A stretch of 63,943 nt of DNA, filler included, from Reticulomyxa filosa (Eukaryota > Protista > Foraminifera): the NCBI GenBank assembly GCA_000512085.1. It is 22 parts of 22 records of this genome, joined end to end, with 100 filler letters (N's around TTAATTAATTAA, not from the genome) between each part and the next. Parts side by side here need not be neighbours in the genome. Positions count along the whole stretch, not along the records: positions 26,732 to 28,333 come from ASPP01019123.1; positions 28,434 to 29,628 come from ASPP01031835.1; positions 29,729 to 34,625 come from ASPP01001019.1; positions 34,726 to 36,242 come from ASPP01025525.1; positions 36,343 to 37,342 come from ASPP01042484.1; positions 37,443 to 39,168 come from ASPP01028409.1; positions 39,269 to 42,242 come from ASPP01005402.1; 15 more parts are not named here. One strand, written 5' to 3'. The translations under genes and the position numbers were made by a program. Every line of letters begins with the position of its first letter. The first letter of the stretch is position 1. The notes below the pieces were generated by a model that ran no database searches, had not been told where the DNA came from, and saw only the letters and a program-made list of their open reading frames with translations. Below are positions 28,131-40,560 of the stretch, in pieces.

Positions 28131-28444
28131 AATTTTAAAAATTTTATTAATGTGTAACAAAATGTAGTTGCACTTATTTATTTCATTTATTTTATTCTTG
28201 TAAATAATTTGTACTATTTTTGCACTTTTTAAATATAAAGAAAAATTATTTATTTGTTTGTTCAGATTTCAAGTAACTTTTGATTTTATATCAATTATTT
28301 TCTGCTTTTGATTTATATTCAACAAAAAAATTANNNNNNNNNNNNNNNNNNNNNNNNNNNNNNNNNNNNNNNNNNNNTTAATTAATTAANNNNNNNNNNN
28401 NNNNNNNNNNNNNNNNNNNNNNNNNNNNNNNNNGGCGTGACCCT

Positions 28445-28492
28445 ATTCGCATCAAGATGCGAGCGTCAACAGAATTCGCATCAAGATGCGAG
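28445..28492. promoter_or_regulatory. Two identical 19-bp repeats containing a dyad (operator-like)
   Basis: ATTCGCATCAAGATGCGAG at 28445-28463 and 28474-28492; core TCGCATC-AA-GATGCGA. Confidence 0.5.
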
Positions 28493-28590
28493 TCAGAACA
28501 TTGGTGTAGCGTTTGCTATTCTACCGATGGTTCAGTCGCACCGGGCAGATGGGTCGTCGAGTGGTGGATGCGCTGACTGAGAGGCTGACA

Positions 28591-29427
28591 ATGGCAACGA
28601 CAAGGGTGACAACAACCATCTCTGGGGAGTCCAGGATCCTGCTGAAAGTTGAGGATAGAGCAAACGGTGACCTAATGGTGGCGGTTCGCGGTATGCACCA
28701 ACGCAGGGCTTTGGACGCTCATATTCTTGAAGCGTCGCCGTATCCCAATCACGGCAGGCGGGTCAGAGAATTCCGGTTTTCTGTCCATAGAAGCTTGCAG
28801 AGTCCGCTGGGTGCCAATGTCCTCAAAATGACTCTGAGTTATGAGGGTGGCGAGGAAGAGACCTCAGAGCTGGCCACATTGGCAATCAAACAGGACAACG
28901 GTTTCGCACCACTGATCAATGCCAGGATGTCCTGCATGATGGGCCCTGAATTCGATTTGAAGCCGGATAAATCGCGGTTGTATGAGACGGGTCTTTACGA
29001 CCGTCCCTTCTCGTTGATTTACGCGCTGTTCGTGGCGCCAAAGGAGAGGGAGTTCAAGGTAACTGATGCGCCGGATTTGCAAATACTCCAGATGGAGTTC
29101 GCTCACTTCCGATTGGTTCTCCTTCTATCGTACCTAAGCATCCCGTGCGGAGTAGGCTTTGGCGCCACCGATTTTGAGGTGCCCCTCACTGTCAAAGGGA
29201 TCACAGGGCTGTCCCCGGGTCATGATGAAATTCAATGCCTCAGCATGTTTAATGCTTATCGTTCCGGTGCAAAGGATCGTTACATAATTACAATCAATCG
29301 CATTGCTGCAACCACTGACATCCACTCTATTCTCCCGCATTTGCCTTTCGGGAAATTCTTCAAATCCGGCGACAGAACGCTCACCGAATTTAGGCAATGG
29401 GAGCGTTTTCACAAAATGTGGAAGTAA
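28591..29427 (+). CDS. Bacterial/phage-like hypothetical protein (about 278 aa from the ATG at 28591)
   Basis: Intronless, much more GC-rich than the host contigs, GAGAGG Shine-Dalgarno-like site 6 nt before the ATG. Confidence 0.75.
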   Translation: MATTRVTTTISGESRILLKVEDRANGDLMVAVRGMHQRRALDAHILEASPYPNHGRRVREFRFSVHRSLQSPLGANVLKMTLSYEGGEEETSELATLAIKQDNGFAPLINARMSCMMGPEFDLKPDKSRLYETGLYDRPFSLIYALFVAPKEREFKVTDAPDLQILQMEFAHFRLVLLLSYLSIPCGVGFGATDFEVPLTVKGITGLSPGHDEIQCLSMFNAYRSGAKDRYIITINRIAATTDIHSILPHLPFGKFFKSGDRTLTEFRQWERFHKMWK

Positions 29428-29728
29428 TTACACGATCTGTCGTCCGGTCACTTTAGGTAGCCACCGCCATACTAGCTCAATGCAGGCTTGGCGCCGATGA
29501 GCGCGATTGAGTGCGTATTGAGGATAGCCTCGTCGCCGCTGTCGTCCTGGAACTTCATCAGCGGTCCGTCAATCTCGACGACGGTGCCTATCCATGACTA
29601 GTTGGTCCCGCCGCCCGGGGCGGTCACCNNNNNNNNNNNNNNNNNNNNNNNNNNNNNNNNNNNNNNNNNNNNTTAATTAATTAANNNNNNNNNNNNNNNN
29701 NNNNNNNNNNNNNNNNNNNNNNNNNNNN

Positions 29729-30030
29729 GCATCCTGTTGCATGTCATGTCCAACTCAAATTGCACAGCTTCAACCACTATACCATACGAACCTTCCCCGA
29801 TCGCGCTTGTTGCAAGATATCCATTCCTATATACATGTTTTCCACAGTACTTGTGTTAGTTCCAGCTCTGCCAAAAAAGTTCCAAAGACACTCCAAAAAA
29901 CACTGAACAATGTCTGCTTAGTCCCAAGTATTTGGCCTTGTTCCAAGACCAAATTTCCTTCTTCATCATCTTTTGGGATAGTATAATGTGGTATTAATGG
30001 TTTAGACTTGTTGCTGGTGGATGAAGCCAT
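29729..30030 (-). pseudogene. Decayed CMGC (CLK/LAMMER-like) protein kinase, N-terminal part
   Basis: DDEEGNLVLEQGQIL resembles the CLK pre-kinase DDEEGHL...GD.L motif; a Gly-loop-like and an MDILQ segment follow in shifted frames. Confidence 0.35.
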
Positions 30031-30235
30031 TACAATTTTCGTAGCTCCCTTAGAAAAAGTTTAAAAAGTACATAAAGCTAGTCGAACTGTACGTGTGATG
30101 AACTATTTTTTTAAAACAAATAAATATTATTTTTGCGGTATAAACATATATATTTGTACGAAAGTGTCAGGTATAACAAAAAAACTAAACTTCTTTCATG
30201 TCAAGGAACCTTCCAGTTAAAAAAAAAGTAAAATA

Positions 30236-31626
30236 GTGATCCTTTTGAATAAAAAGATGACCCAACTGTTATATTCGACTGCAGATTCATCCGAGAATCC
30301 TTCGTCATGTCACTTTTCCTCGCGCGAGTTAACCCATTTGAATTTGTCATTTGTTTCACTGGATGTGCTTCCGAAGTGCGCCCGTGTGTGTCAGCTATGG
30401 TATTACTTGGCCAAGTACTTGGTTCCAATCCCTCTGGTTGACCTGAGGTAAGTTTTCCACCGTTGCAAAAAGGAGCAAGGTTGTATGTGCAAGAGATCGA
30501 GACTAGAAAGTGGTGTTCTGGTTTGTTTGCGTACAGACAATTGGCAGTAGGGTATTATCTTCCTTCAAACGAAGACGAGCCACCACGTGGCGTTGTATCG
30601 CAAGTTTTGTGTTTGTAATATTTCCCAAATTGTTGTTATTTGAAGGAAAATAAAACATATTTGAGTAAGGTATATACATATATATATTATATGTATATGT
30701 AAATTTGCTTCATCTCCTTTTCAAAAAAAAAAGCTACATTATGTTCGTAGTCGACCAATCCATATCGAAATACAAACATCTGTCGGAATCGAACAAGAAG
30801 CAAATAAAAAAATATAGTGAAAAAGAAGAAGAAAACAAAAAAGAGACATCGTGAATTTAAGCGCAACAGAAGATGTGCCAAAACACGTTCGAAAACGAAG
30901 TAATTACATAAAGCAGTTACAATCTTTGTGCGGTCTTTCGGAATTGCAAAACAAAGTTTGTTTTTTTTTTATCACCAGTATGACCCCCTTTTTCTTTTTT
31001 TTTAATCAAACAAACAAAAAAATATTTACATTTATACACATATGACATAATAATAAAAATATGCAAATAAATACAAATATGAATTTACATATTTTATTCA
31101 TATAAACGAAATAAATTTTATAATGGAAGGACATTGGACGCCAACATTCTTAAATCTATCGCGGTCCGCGGCGGAAAACGAAAATGAAATGGCTGGTACG
31201 AATGAGAGCGAGGATGCAAATAATAACAACAACGACCCCACCACGATTGGGGAAGAGTTTTTCCATCGCGGTAAATCCTTCAGCATCGTGACGAACACTT
31301 ACAAAACCTTTGAACTGATTTGCTTTCATCCCCCTACCATGAGCCAAATTGTTAAGACGTTGCGAGGCGTCATCTATCAATCCTCCATGCAGGCCAAATC
31401 CTTGGCGATTTACGCCAAAGCCAATCGCAAATATATGTTCTCTCAACAGCAGAAACGAAGAATCGGAAATAAAAATACCTTGGACGATTTGGAATTTGAC
31501 ACTTTTGTTGCAGTTTACTGTATCTTTCTTACTTTCTTGTTTGTCGTCATTATTTGAATGGATCATTGTTTACTAATATATAAGAATATTAATATTCTTA
31601 TTATTTGTTGTAATTATTATCATTTG

Positions 31627-31661
<35 letters not shown>

Positions 31662-32207
31662 GTTATTATTATTGCTTTAAATATATCAAATAACACAGAT
31701 GTTTGAAAATGGAATTCGCAAAATTGAAAATTTGACGGGTATGAAAATTCCTTACACAGCGCTGCGAAGTAATGAACTGACAACCACAGTGTTGTTCCAA
31801 CAGATCAAACAAACACAACTCTTGTTAGATCAATGGATGGGGTGGATTGACAATTACTTAGTCAAATGGATGCAAGACAATGGCTTACTTTCTAATGATC
31901 TCGATATTCATACTCTTCAAAATCGAGAGCCCAACACAGTTTACAAAACCTTTTTCTGTTTGCTGTTTTTTCTTGCTTTCATCACAGATGTCTTTTTTTT
32001 TTTTTATTATTATTGTATTTACAAAAAAAAAAAGAAAAAAAGATAGCCAGAGAAACGAGTCGAACTTATGACAGAAATTCTTTGGCAACTGATGACAACT
32101 ATGTTTTATTTGAAAATGTCAATGAAATCGCTGTTGACAGTCCCACTGACACACATCCTAATGTCGATGGTACAAACGTTGACACTGATGACTGTCTCCT
32201 CATGTAA
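30236..32207 (+). CDS. Multi-exon hypothetical gene with an N-terminal F-box-like motif and a possible PH-like segment
   Basis: LSFVSLDVLPKCARVCQLWYYLAK (F-box-like); SFSIVTNTYKTFELIC; several GT-AG introns; whether this is one gene is uncertain. Confidence 0.45.
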
Positions 32208-33697
32208 ATCACATTATTTCATTTAGTTATTGCTTTTTTTTGGACATGAAGTATCCGCAACTCTGTCTCATTAAAAAAAACAAAAAAAAAATGAAACATA
32301 ACAACGAACAAGAATGGAAATAAACTCTTTTTTGTTGAAACTTTGTAAATAATGTGGTTCGTTGTCACTGTTTTGTTTTCTTTTTTTTTTTGCACAGTAT
32401 TTTTGCATTGCATTTTGTTGTTAATGTTTTGAAATATGCCAACGGCAAGTAAATTTCATTATATTTTCTGAAGAAAAAATACGCCATTTTAGTAATCAAG
32501 AACTTGACCAACTTGCAAATGCTTATGATATTCTTTTATGGTTGTCTTTTTTCTGTCGATTGCAACAAAATATATTTTAAAAAATTGTGATAATACAGTA
32601 CGTTGCAGAAAAACTAATATCATAAAATGCCACATTATGATATGATCAATTTTCTAAATTAAAAAACAAACATTTAAACATATTTTTTAAAATGTATACA
32701 AATCCAATAGTTTTTATACGAAGTTGATTTTTAAAATTTTTAAAAAGTATACGTTAACTGAAGATTCCTAAAAAAGAAACAAAAGATTTAAAAGTTTCAT
32801 GGTACGAATACAGTTCGATTTATATGCATTCTTGCAAAATTTTAAAAACAGATTGAAAAAATATACTTTTATTCAATATTAAAAAAAAGTTATTAAAAGA
32901 CAAATTTCACATTTTAAAACTACTGTATTTGTATACATGTAGGACAAGTCAATACTATAGATTACTGAGCCCTGAAAGAGTTTAGAAGCTCACAGTGGAT
33001 TAAACTTATACAATAACTTTTCTTCAATCTTTGTTTTCTTTTATTGTGTTATTCATCTTTCTTTTACTTTTGTTTTATCGAAAACAGCTATCTTTTGATT
33101 AAAACTTTTCGTATTACATTTAGTGCAATCTCTTATCAGCAGCAGACGTCCCACAGCATTTTAAAAAACTATGTTTAAATGTTTGTTTTTTATTTAGAAA
33201 ATCTCCATAATATGACAGTTTTTTTAACTTATTGTATTTGTAATAGTAAGAAATATATATAAATGCTAGTCATATGCAATGACAATATAATTATATATAA
33301 TAATATTATAATACACTAACATTAAGTCATATCATATATTAATATTGTGTTCAATTAACAATCACATCAGCACAGATTCTCTTAACTATATATAGTCAAA
33401 AAGTATATTGTCAATAAGCATATGGATTTTTTTTATATTTTCAATTTTGAAATAGTTAATTTATATATGTCAATGTACTATTCAAGTGTACATACATTAC
33501 ACTTTTTTAAATTATTAAAAACTTGAATAACTGAATAAAGCAATAGATTTGATTAAAAAAAGACACAATGAGAATCAAAAGTTATCTCAATACAACAAAA
33601 TAGTATGATCTACTTGCTTGAAGCTGTTAAACAAGTAAAACTTTCAATCCCTTTTTAATTAAGTGAGTGGAAAAAAAGCACAGACAATAATCCCTTG

Positions 33698-34625
33698 ATG
33701 ACAGAGGCAATTGAGAATAACAAAGTAGAATTAGCTGCCTTTTCGGCAGCAATACAGAATGGCTCTACTGAGAAACGCTCAAGCCATTCAAAGGACAAAA
33801 ACACTGAAGAAAAAGATCGTGTAGAAGGTGCAGCATACGCGATCGGTATAAAAAAAGTGAAATCAGGGAGATTGAAAATACAAAGTGAAGGTGGAGAGAG
33901 CAGTTCCGAAGCAAACAAGAAATCAAATCCACGCTATTGCGACTTGAAAAACGACCTGATGTCTGTGAAAAAGCTGATATCCGGCAGCTACATTAATCTG
34001 TTGCTCGTGGTTGTCCCGTTTGGTTTTATCAGCCATTATTTGGATTGGCCCCCAACTTTGGTATTCTTCCTTAATTTTTTTGCAATGATACCGCTGGCAA
34101 GTATTTTGGGTGACTCAACGTAAAAAGACCACTTCAACGACAACAACAGAGGGGTTCTTTTTTTTAAAAAAAAGAAACAACACAATATTAAAAAACTGAA
34201 AACTATGTCTGTGTATATGTATGTTTAATAGAATGTTTGGCAGAACATGTGAGTTGTTTTTTTTTTTTTAGCAAATGAAGAAAAATGAGGGGGAATGAAG
34301 GGGACGTTAGCAAGAAATATTAAAAATTTTACAAACAAAAAAAAAGCTTGGAGAAACTATTGGCTTTTTGTTAAATGCAACTTTCGGAAACGCTGTTGAA
34401 GATTAATAAAAACAATATGACATTATGTATCATAACAATACGTATATATTTTTTAAATTTTTTTTTACAAAAAAAAAAGAAACTCATAAAAATAAAAAAG
34501 TAAAAAAAAGATTGTGATAATAATATTGGCCCTGGTGAAAGCAAAGATTTTCAAAATAATAACGAAACGGACAATCGCGACAATCCATGTGGTTCAACTC
34601 TCGCTAATTGGCAGTATATTCAGCA
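33698..34625 (+). CDS. Ca2+/H+ antiporter (CAX/VCX1 family), N-terminal part, possibly pseudogenised
   Basis: INLLLVVVPFG..VFFLNFFAMIPLASILGDST, ECLAEH, GETIGFLLNATFGNAVE, VVQLSLIGSIFS; two splice junctions do not give a clean frame. Confidence 0.85.
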
Positions 34626-34874
34626 NNNNNNNNNNNNNNNNNNNNNNNNNNNNNNNNNNNNNNNNNNNNTTAATTAATTAANNNNNNNNNNNNNNNNNNN
34701 NNNNNNNNNNNNNNNNNNNNNNNNNCGTGTAGTCTTTCGACATACTTAAAAATCTAATCCAAAATTTTTGAAACAGCCAAAGCCACGTAATTTTCATTTA
34801 ATGTACACCTACAGTCGAATAATACGCAAGTTTTCGAGGGGTCTGTTCCGTCAAAAAAAAAGACGTCATACAAA

Positions 34875-36240
34875 ATGTATTATGAACAAAATTATTCTAA
34901 TAGTTCAAATTTTGATGTACCTCCGCGTATCGAACCAGTTGGCCACAAAGCGGTGATGCAGAAATTGAGTTGGCTATATGATTTATTGAACACATTAATT
35001 TCAGTAGCAGACTTGATATCAGTAATCTATCAATTTTATGTGAAAGGAAGGAAGGTAATTTTGTACTTGCTTCAACCATTTTAGCTTTCACGCACATATG
35101 CGGTAAAGCTTTCATAGCTAGAGAGGGATGAAGATAGAATAGTGACAAGATAGAGAGGAAAAAAAAGATTAAATGAAATGACTCCAAACAAACAAAACAA
35201 ATAAAACAAATGACAGCCATTTCCCCTTTCCAAATACAAGGCATTTTGTTTTCAGTTATTTTTGGAATTGGCTGCACCACAAGGTTATTGAAATGGATAT
35301 GTTTTGTGGCAGACCTTTTTGGACTGTTTGCATTCATTGGGTGATATTTTTGGTATGATCCAGCGCCGACTATTGGAAGGAGTCGTTGATATCGCCGTCC
35401 GAGTACCGTTGGTGGAGACCAGAATACTGGTTCCATTCGAACGTAACGTGGTTCGGATATTTGTATTTACAAAGTCTTGCTCACCACATATCCGTTGGCG
35501 CTGATGTCCGCCATAGTAATGTCTTGGCTTGGATCGGAATCGTTTATAAAGATATTGCACACCGTCAAGATGTGCCGCTGCTTTGCAGTGCTTGCAATTT
35601 GTTATTTATCCTTCCAATTATTGGCCGCATTCGGCGTTTCCTCCATTTTTATCTTCCTTTTATTCAATCTGTGTTTGAAAGTAGCTATATTCATCGGATA
35701 CCTTTTTTTTTGCTGTTTACAGGCATGCTTTTTTTTTTCTTATTTCTATAGATAAAGTTAAAAAAAGGATTGGTCCAAAGAAGATATACGTATATGCATG
35801 TATACATATATATACATATATGTATGTGTGTACGTACGTGACATTGAATCAAAATTTAATAGATTAGTTTAGTCAAGCACTCGATGATTTTTGGAATGGA
35901 TTTTAGATACTGATCAAAGCTCTTGCGCGCATTGCTATGAGTGGCTATGTTGTTATATCAATTGCTCTGTTGGCACTCGAATTGGAACACAAAATCCTGC
36001 CATTCCGATCACTATTGCTTTTATTGCATTTGCTGTTGCTACTTGTGCAATGGCAGTCATCAGTCTTTGTTTGCGGGATTTGGACGCACTTTGACCATCA
36101 AATTCATGTTCTTTCATTACGCACGTCTGTATCAAAGTAAAAATCACAATGACAGTACCTGTTCACTTAAATGCTTGATCCAATTTCATTACTTGAACGC
36201 TGATCAATCTCACAATCAATCCCGCAGACTTCCTCAACAT
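34875..36240 (+). pseudogene. Disrupted multi-pass membrane protein gene
   Basis: Hydrophobic segments spread over several frames with stops. Confidence 0.35.
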
Positions 36241-37775
36241 ATNNNNNNNNNNNNNNNNNNNNNNNNNNNNNNNNNNNNNNNNNNNNTTAATTAATTAANN
36301 NNNNNNNNNNNNNNNNNNNNNNNNNNNNNNNNNNNNNNNNNNCAAATCAGCTATTATTTTTTTTACGTATAATTAAAAATAACAATATTAACTTTAGAAG
36401 ATGGAGAAGGCAAAGACAACGAAAAAGGCCAAGCTGTTGCCGGAGGATTACTTGTCTCAGTGCTGGCAATGTTGCTATGTGTGATTAGTTGTTGTATGTG
36501 CAAACAAGTTAATAATTTGTTAATTTGGCCATGTTTTTCAAAAAAAAAAAAACAACCACAAATGCGTTATACCTGTGCTCAAACATTAAACAAACCATGT
36601 CTTGTTGTTTGAAAAAATCTTTGGAAGGCTTTTTGCCGTTGTGAAGGATGCAAATATCGAGGACGTCGTTGTCATCAAAGAAGACCACAAAATCAAAATT
36701 ACAACCAATTACAAAGTGTTTGAAGAAAGTGGGCAAACTGCTTTTTTTTGAGTAGTTGTTGATCTCTTGTTTTTGCAGGGCTTAATAATGTGAAGGTTTT
36801 TCATTTTAAATAAGATGTCGTCACAGTGAAATGATCAATTTTCTTCAAAATAAGAAAAATAATAAACTCGCATCTTATTTGATTCAAAGAGTGCTGATGC
36901 TAATTATTGTCATTCTTGCGTTTGTATTGCAAGTATTTAGAAAGATATTTTCTAATTTTTTATTGTACTAAAGAATTTTTTTTAATTGGTTGTAATTTTT
37001 TTTAATAGGTTTAAATTTGTGAAGACACCACAACAAACATGAATGAAAGGAAGAGCTGCCAAATCAAAGCAAGCGTATATTCCGGGACTGTTTAAAATCT
37101 TACCAAAATATTTTTCCTTGACCAGTTCCTTGAAATAGCTACGATCTTGAGAGAATAGCCTTCCCCCAATGATGACAGAAATTATAACTTTTTAGTTTAG
37201 TGTTTTCGCGTACCCTTGAACCTAAATTTTTTCGATATTCACTGAATTGAGTGAGATAGGAAATAATAACTTTTTTGTGGCAATCATACAAAAATATAAA
37301 CAATTGAACACCTTTTAAGCAAGAAAACAAATGAAGACACAANNNNNNNNNNNNNNNNNNNNNNNNNNNNNNNNNNNNNNNNNNNNTTAATTAATTAANN
37401 NNNNNNNNNNNNNNNNNNNNNNNNNNNNNNNNNNNNNNNNNNCTGCAGCAGCGGATGAATACTAAAATTTTCTCAAAATCAAATGCACACTTTTCGAAGC
37501 AAAGTTGGGATGAGTTTGTTTCGAAGTATGCATATCAATCTTTGCACTGCACTTTGGCTCTCACTCCACATTGCCAAAACAAACAAAGTCATGACCAACC
37601 TTGCAATCTCTTATGCTGTCCCTTTACCGAGAGCAAATAAACTATTTCAAACATTTGTACTTACAAGATAAAGACGATTCCTCGTCTCGTACACGCATAC
37701 TAGTTGATGAAAGGAAGTTATTGGCATTTTGTTTTTAAATTTGAAATATTGGCTAATCTTAATTGCACAGAAAGT

Positions 37776-38598
37776 TTAAGTTGCAATAATACTTTTAACA
37801 CTATCTAAAATGAAATTGGGTTTAATGCGATACTTTTGGATATCCTCTCTCGTGGATATGCCAGTTAACACAAGCAATGTTTGCATACCACAATTGATGC
37901 CAAACTGGACATCAGTATTCAATCGATCTCCAACCATTAAAGACCTCTTCACATCAATTTGATGTCTATTGCAGTCATCCATATACATATGAATATATAT
38001 ATATATGTGTATATGGATACACATATATGACAAAGGAATACCGACGTAATGTCGATAAAACAAAACTGATGTTGTACGAGTTGATACAATAGAGCATGTG
38101 GTTTTCCACAGATAACAAAAGGAACATGTTCATTGAGAGCTTTCACGCTTGCGACCAGACTACCTGTTCCGGCCAGACAAACGGCATCCGACTGCGGGAA
38201 AGTGGTATCGTCATTGCTGCCAATAAAATGTAAAGGATGGTCGACTTCGTGATGCACCTCGTACATATAGCGACACACCAACGAGATATCATTGTAGCCA
38301 TAGCCCACGTCCATCGAGACGATGACAGCTCGGACATCGCGGTCCAATGGCAGCGCTGATACTTGTTCGCCCGACATCCCACGGAGATTTGCTATGTCCT
38401 GCGCCGTCCAAATCACTTCAAATCCAAAGCGCTTCGTCAGCATTTCATACAATCCGATGCTGCCAACAAGCAAGATCTTGTTCTTCTTGCGCAAAGTGTC
38501 TGAAAATTCTTTCAATGTGGATACATACGTTGCCGTTGCCAATGCGGATGTAAATACTTGTTCCTTTTTTTTTTTTAAAAAAAAAAAAAAAAGGGGAA

Positions 38599-38629
<31 letters not shown>

Positions 38630-39168
38630 TTATATTTATATTTATATACGTACACATATTACAAACTTGCGAAACGCGTAGATCAAATAAAGATAGAATT
38701 TTCTTTTGATAGGTTTCCAAAGATTTGGTGGCATTATTCGATAGAAAGATTACTTTTTTACCCATTTTTTGAAGTGCTTGCAATGTCTCTTTCGCGCCGT
38801 CAATGGCCGCGCTCGATGTCCACAACACGCCGTCGCAATCAAACAGAAAGGCGTCAAATTCGTCCACACATTTCGATGTCCATTTCCTTGTTTCTACGTG
38901 TTCCACTGCCAAGGTTTTTTCTTCTTCTTTTTTTTCTTTCACGTTTTTCGTTGTCTTCTCGTCTGCTTTCATATTTGGCAAGTGTTGAGATTGATCCCCC
39001 CCCCCAAATATACTACATTGTACTCATTTATGTTTTATGGCTTCTGATGGCTTGAGACAAAAAAAAAAAAGAAACTTGAATTTGGTAATCCTGATAATGC
39101 ATTGGCGATGCTGATAAGCTCTTGGCTAAACTCGCTGACTGTATTGAATGTCAGATCCTCGACACTGT
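37776..39168 (-). CDS. HAD-IIA phosphoglycolate/pyridoxal (4-nitrophenyl) phosphatase, multi-exon
   Basis: FLFDCDGVLW, FLSNNATKS, CGKP, MVGDRLNTDVQFG..TLLVLTG. Confidence 0.93.
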
Positions 39169-39837
39169 NNNNNNNNNNNNNNNNNNNNNNNNNNNNNNNN
39201 NNNNNNNNNNNNTTAATTAATTAANNNNNNNNNNNNNNNNNNNNNNNNNNNNNNNNNNNNNNNNNNNNGGAAATCGGCAAAATATGAATCATAATGCAAA
39301 TCCAACAAAAAATTATTTTTGTTTGAAAAAATGAACGTACACATTTCATTTGTGAAAAAGTATTTTTCAAAAAAAACTTTACTGGATCCAGGGGTAATTG
39401 GATTTCAGAAGCACGAGAAATCGGATTTGAAAATGTTTTTTTCATTGATCAATCGTGACGGTGTTATTGGATGAACCAAAGAAAAAGTTTGACCATCATT
39501 CAACTATTTAAAGAAAGTATTTTGTTTCAATTTTTAGCAGATCGACCGAATGAAGTAATTTTTAAAATGAGAACATGTGAACCATCAGAAAACAATAAGT
39601 TTTTTTGTTTTCAAATTAAACGAAAAGAACTTCTACGTTGTTCTATAGAAAAAGATCATCTTTCAATAATAAGGATATCAAAATTTTTGTTCACAAACTG
39701 TAGATAATGAAAATTCCTAGCAATCTATTTTAATGCCTTGAATATATTTAATTGATAAAATAATCCAATAACCATAAGTTCAGCAAATAAATAGATGAAG
39801 AGACATTTTTTGTTAAAATTATGATGAGTCAAAGAGT

Positions 39838-40560
39838 TTCTTAAAAAGGGTCTAGTTCCAGATTTTTAATTTTTGAATGTGGCATCATTCGTTAAGTTCT
39901 ATTATTTTAAAGGTTATAAACAAAATATTTTCGTTTCTGGATTGCCGAAGAAATCTTCTTAAGGAAGTAGTTGTAAGTGTTCAAAGAGACTTTAATGTTT
40001 TCGTTTACTAAACAATTAAACAACAAATTTACTTTCATTGAAAAAGGTTTTGATTTCCTTAATTTAACAGAAAAAATAGAATAAAATTGAAAAAATAAAG
40101 TGAAACTCAATTTTGAAAAATAGTAAATTGTTATGAAAACCATTTTTTCATAAAGTAAGCTCGAGTTTTGAACAAAACAAATGAAAATACAAATCTTCAT
40201 ATGTATTCACAAAAGCACGTGTCAAAAGCAAACATTACACTATCCCTTGTTACAACTTGTTTAATTAATTATTTGATCAATTTTAGTTAAATAACTTAAC
40301 GCTTACAATTCAATAAATGAAGATATATTTTATTGAAAAATACAAAATAAAACGGTTGTTTGAACGACTTCTTAAAAAGGGTCTAGTTCCAAATTTTTAT
40401 TTTTTTATGTAGCATCATTTGTTCCTTTTCTTATTTTCAAAATTTAAAAGGATAATCTTTTCATTCCATGATTGCTGAAGAAATTTTCTGCACAAAAGCA
40501 TTTGTAAGTGTTAAAAGTAACTTTTATTTGTTTTTTTTTTGTTAAATACTTTTTCTTTGA
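39838..40560. repeat. Diverged direct duplication of about 180 bp (about 39838-40015 and about 40369-40550)
   Basis: Shared TTCTTAAAAAGGGTCTAGTTCC, GCATCATT, GATTGCYGAAGAAAT and TTGTAAGTGTT blocks about 530 bp apart. Confidence 0.75.

Noticed and set aside
28445-28492. CRISPR array
   Set aside because: Only two 19-bp units with a 10-bp spacer, and no cas genes
27968-29628. Functional link between the hairpin cluster and the bacterial ORF (retron-like or ncRNA-plus-protein system)
   Set aside because: They are separated by an artificial linker at 28334-28433 and differ in composition; adjacency across linkers carries no information
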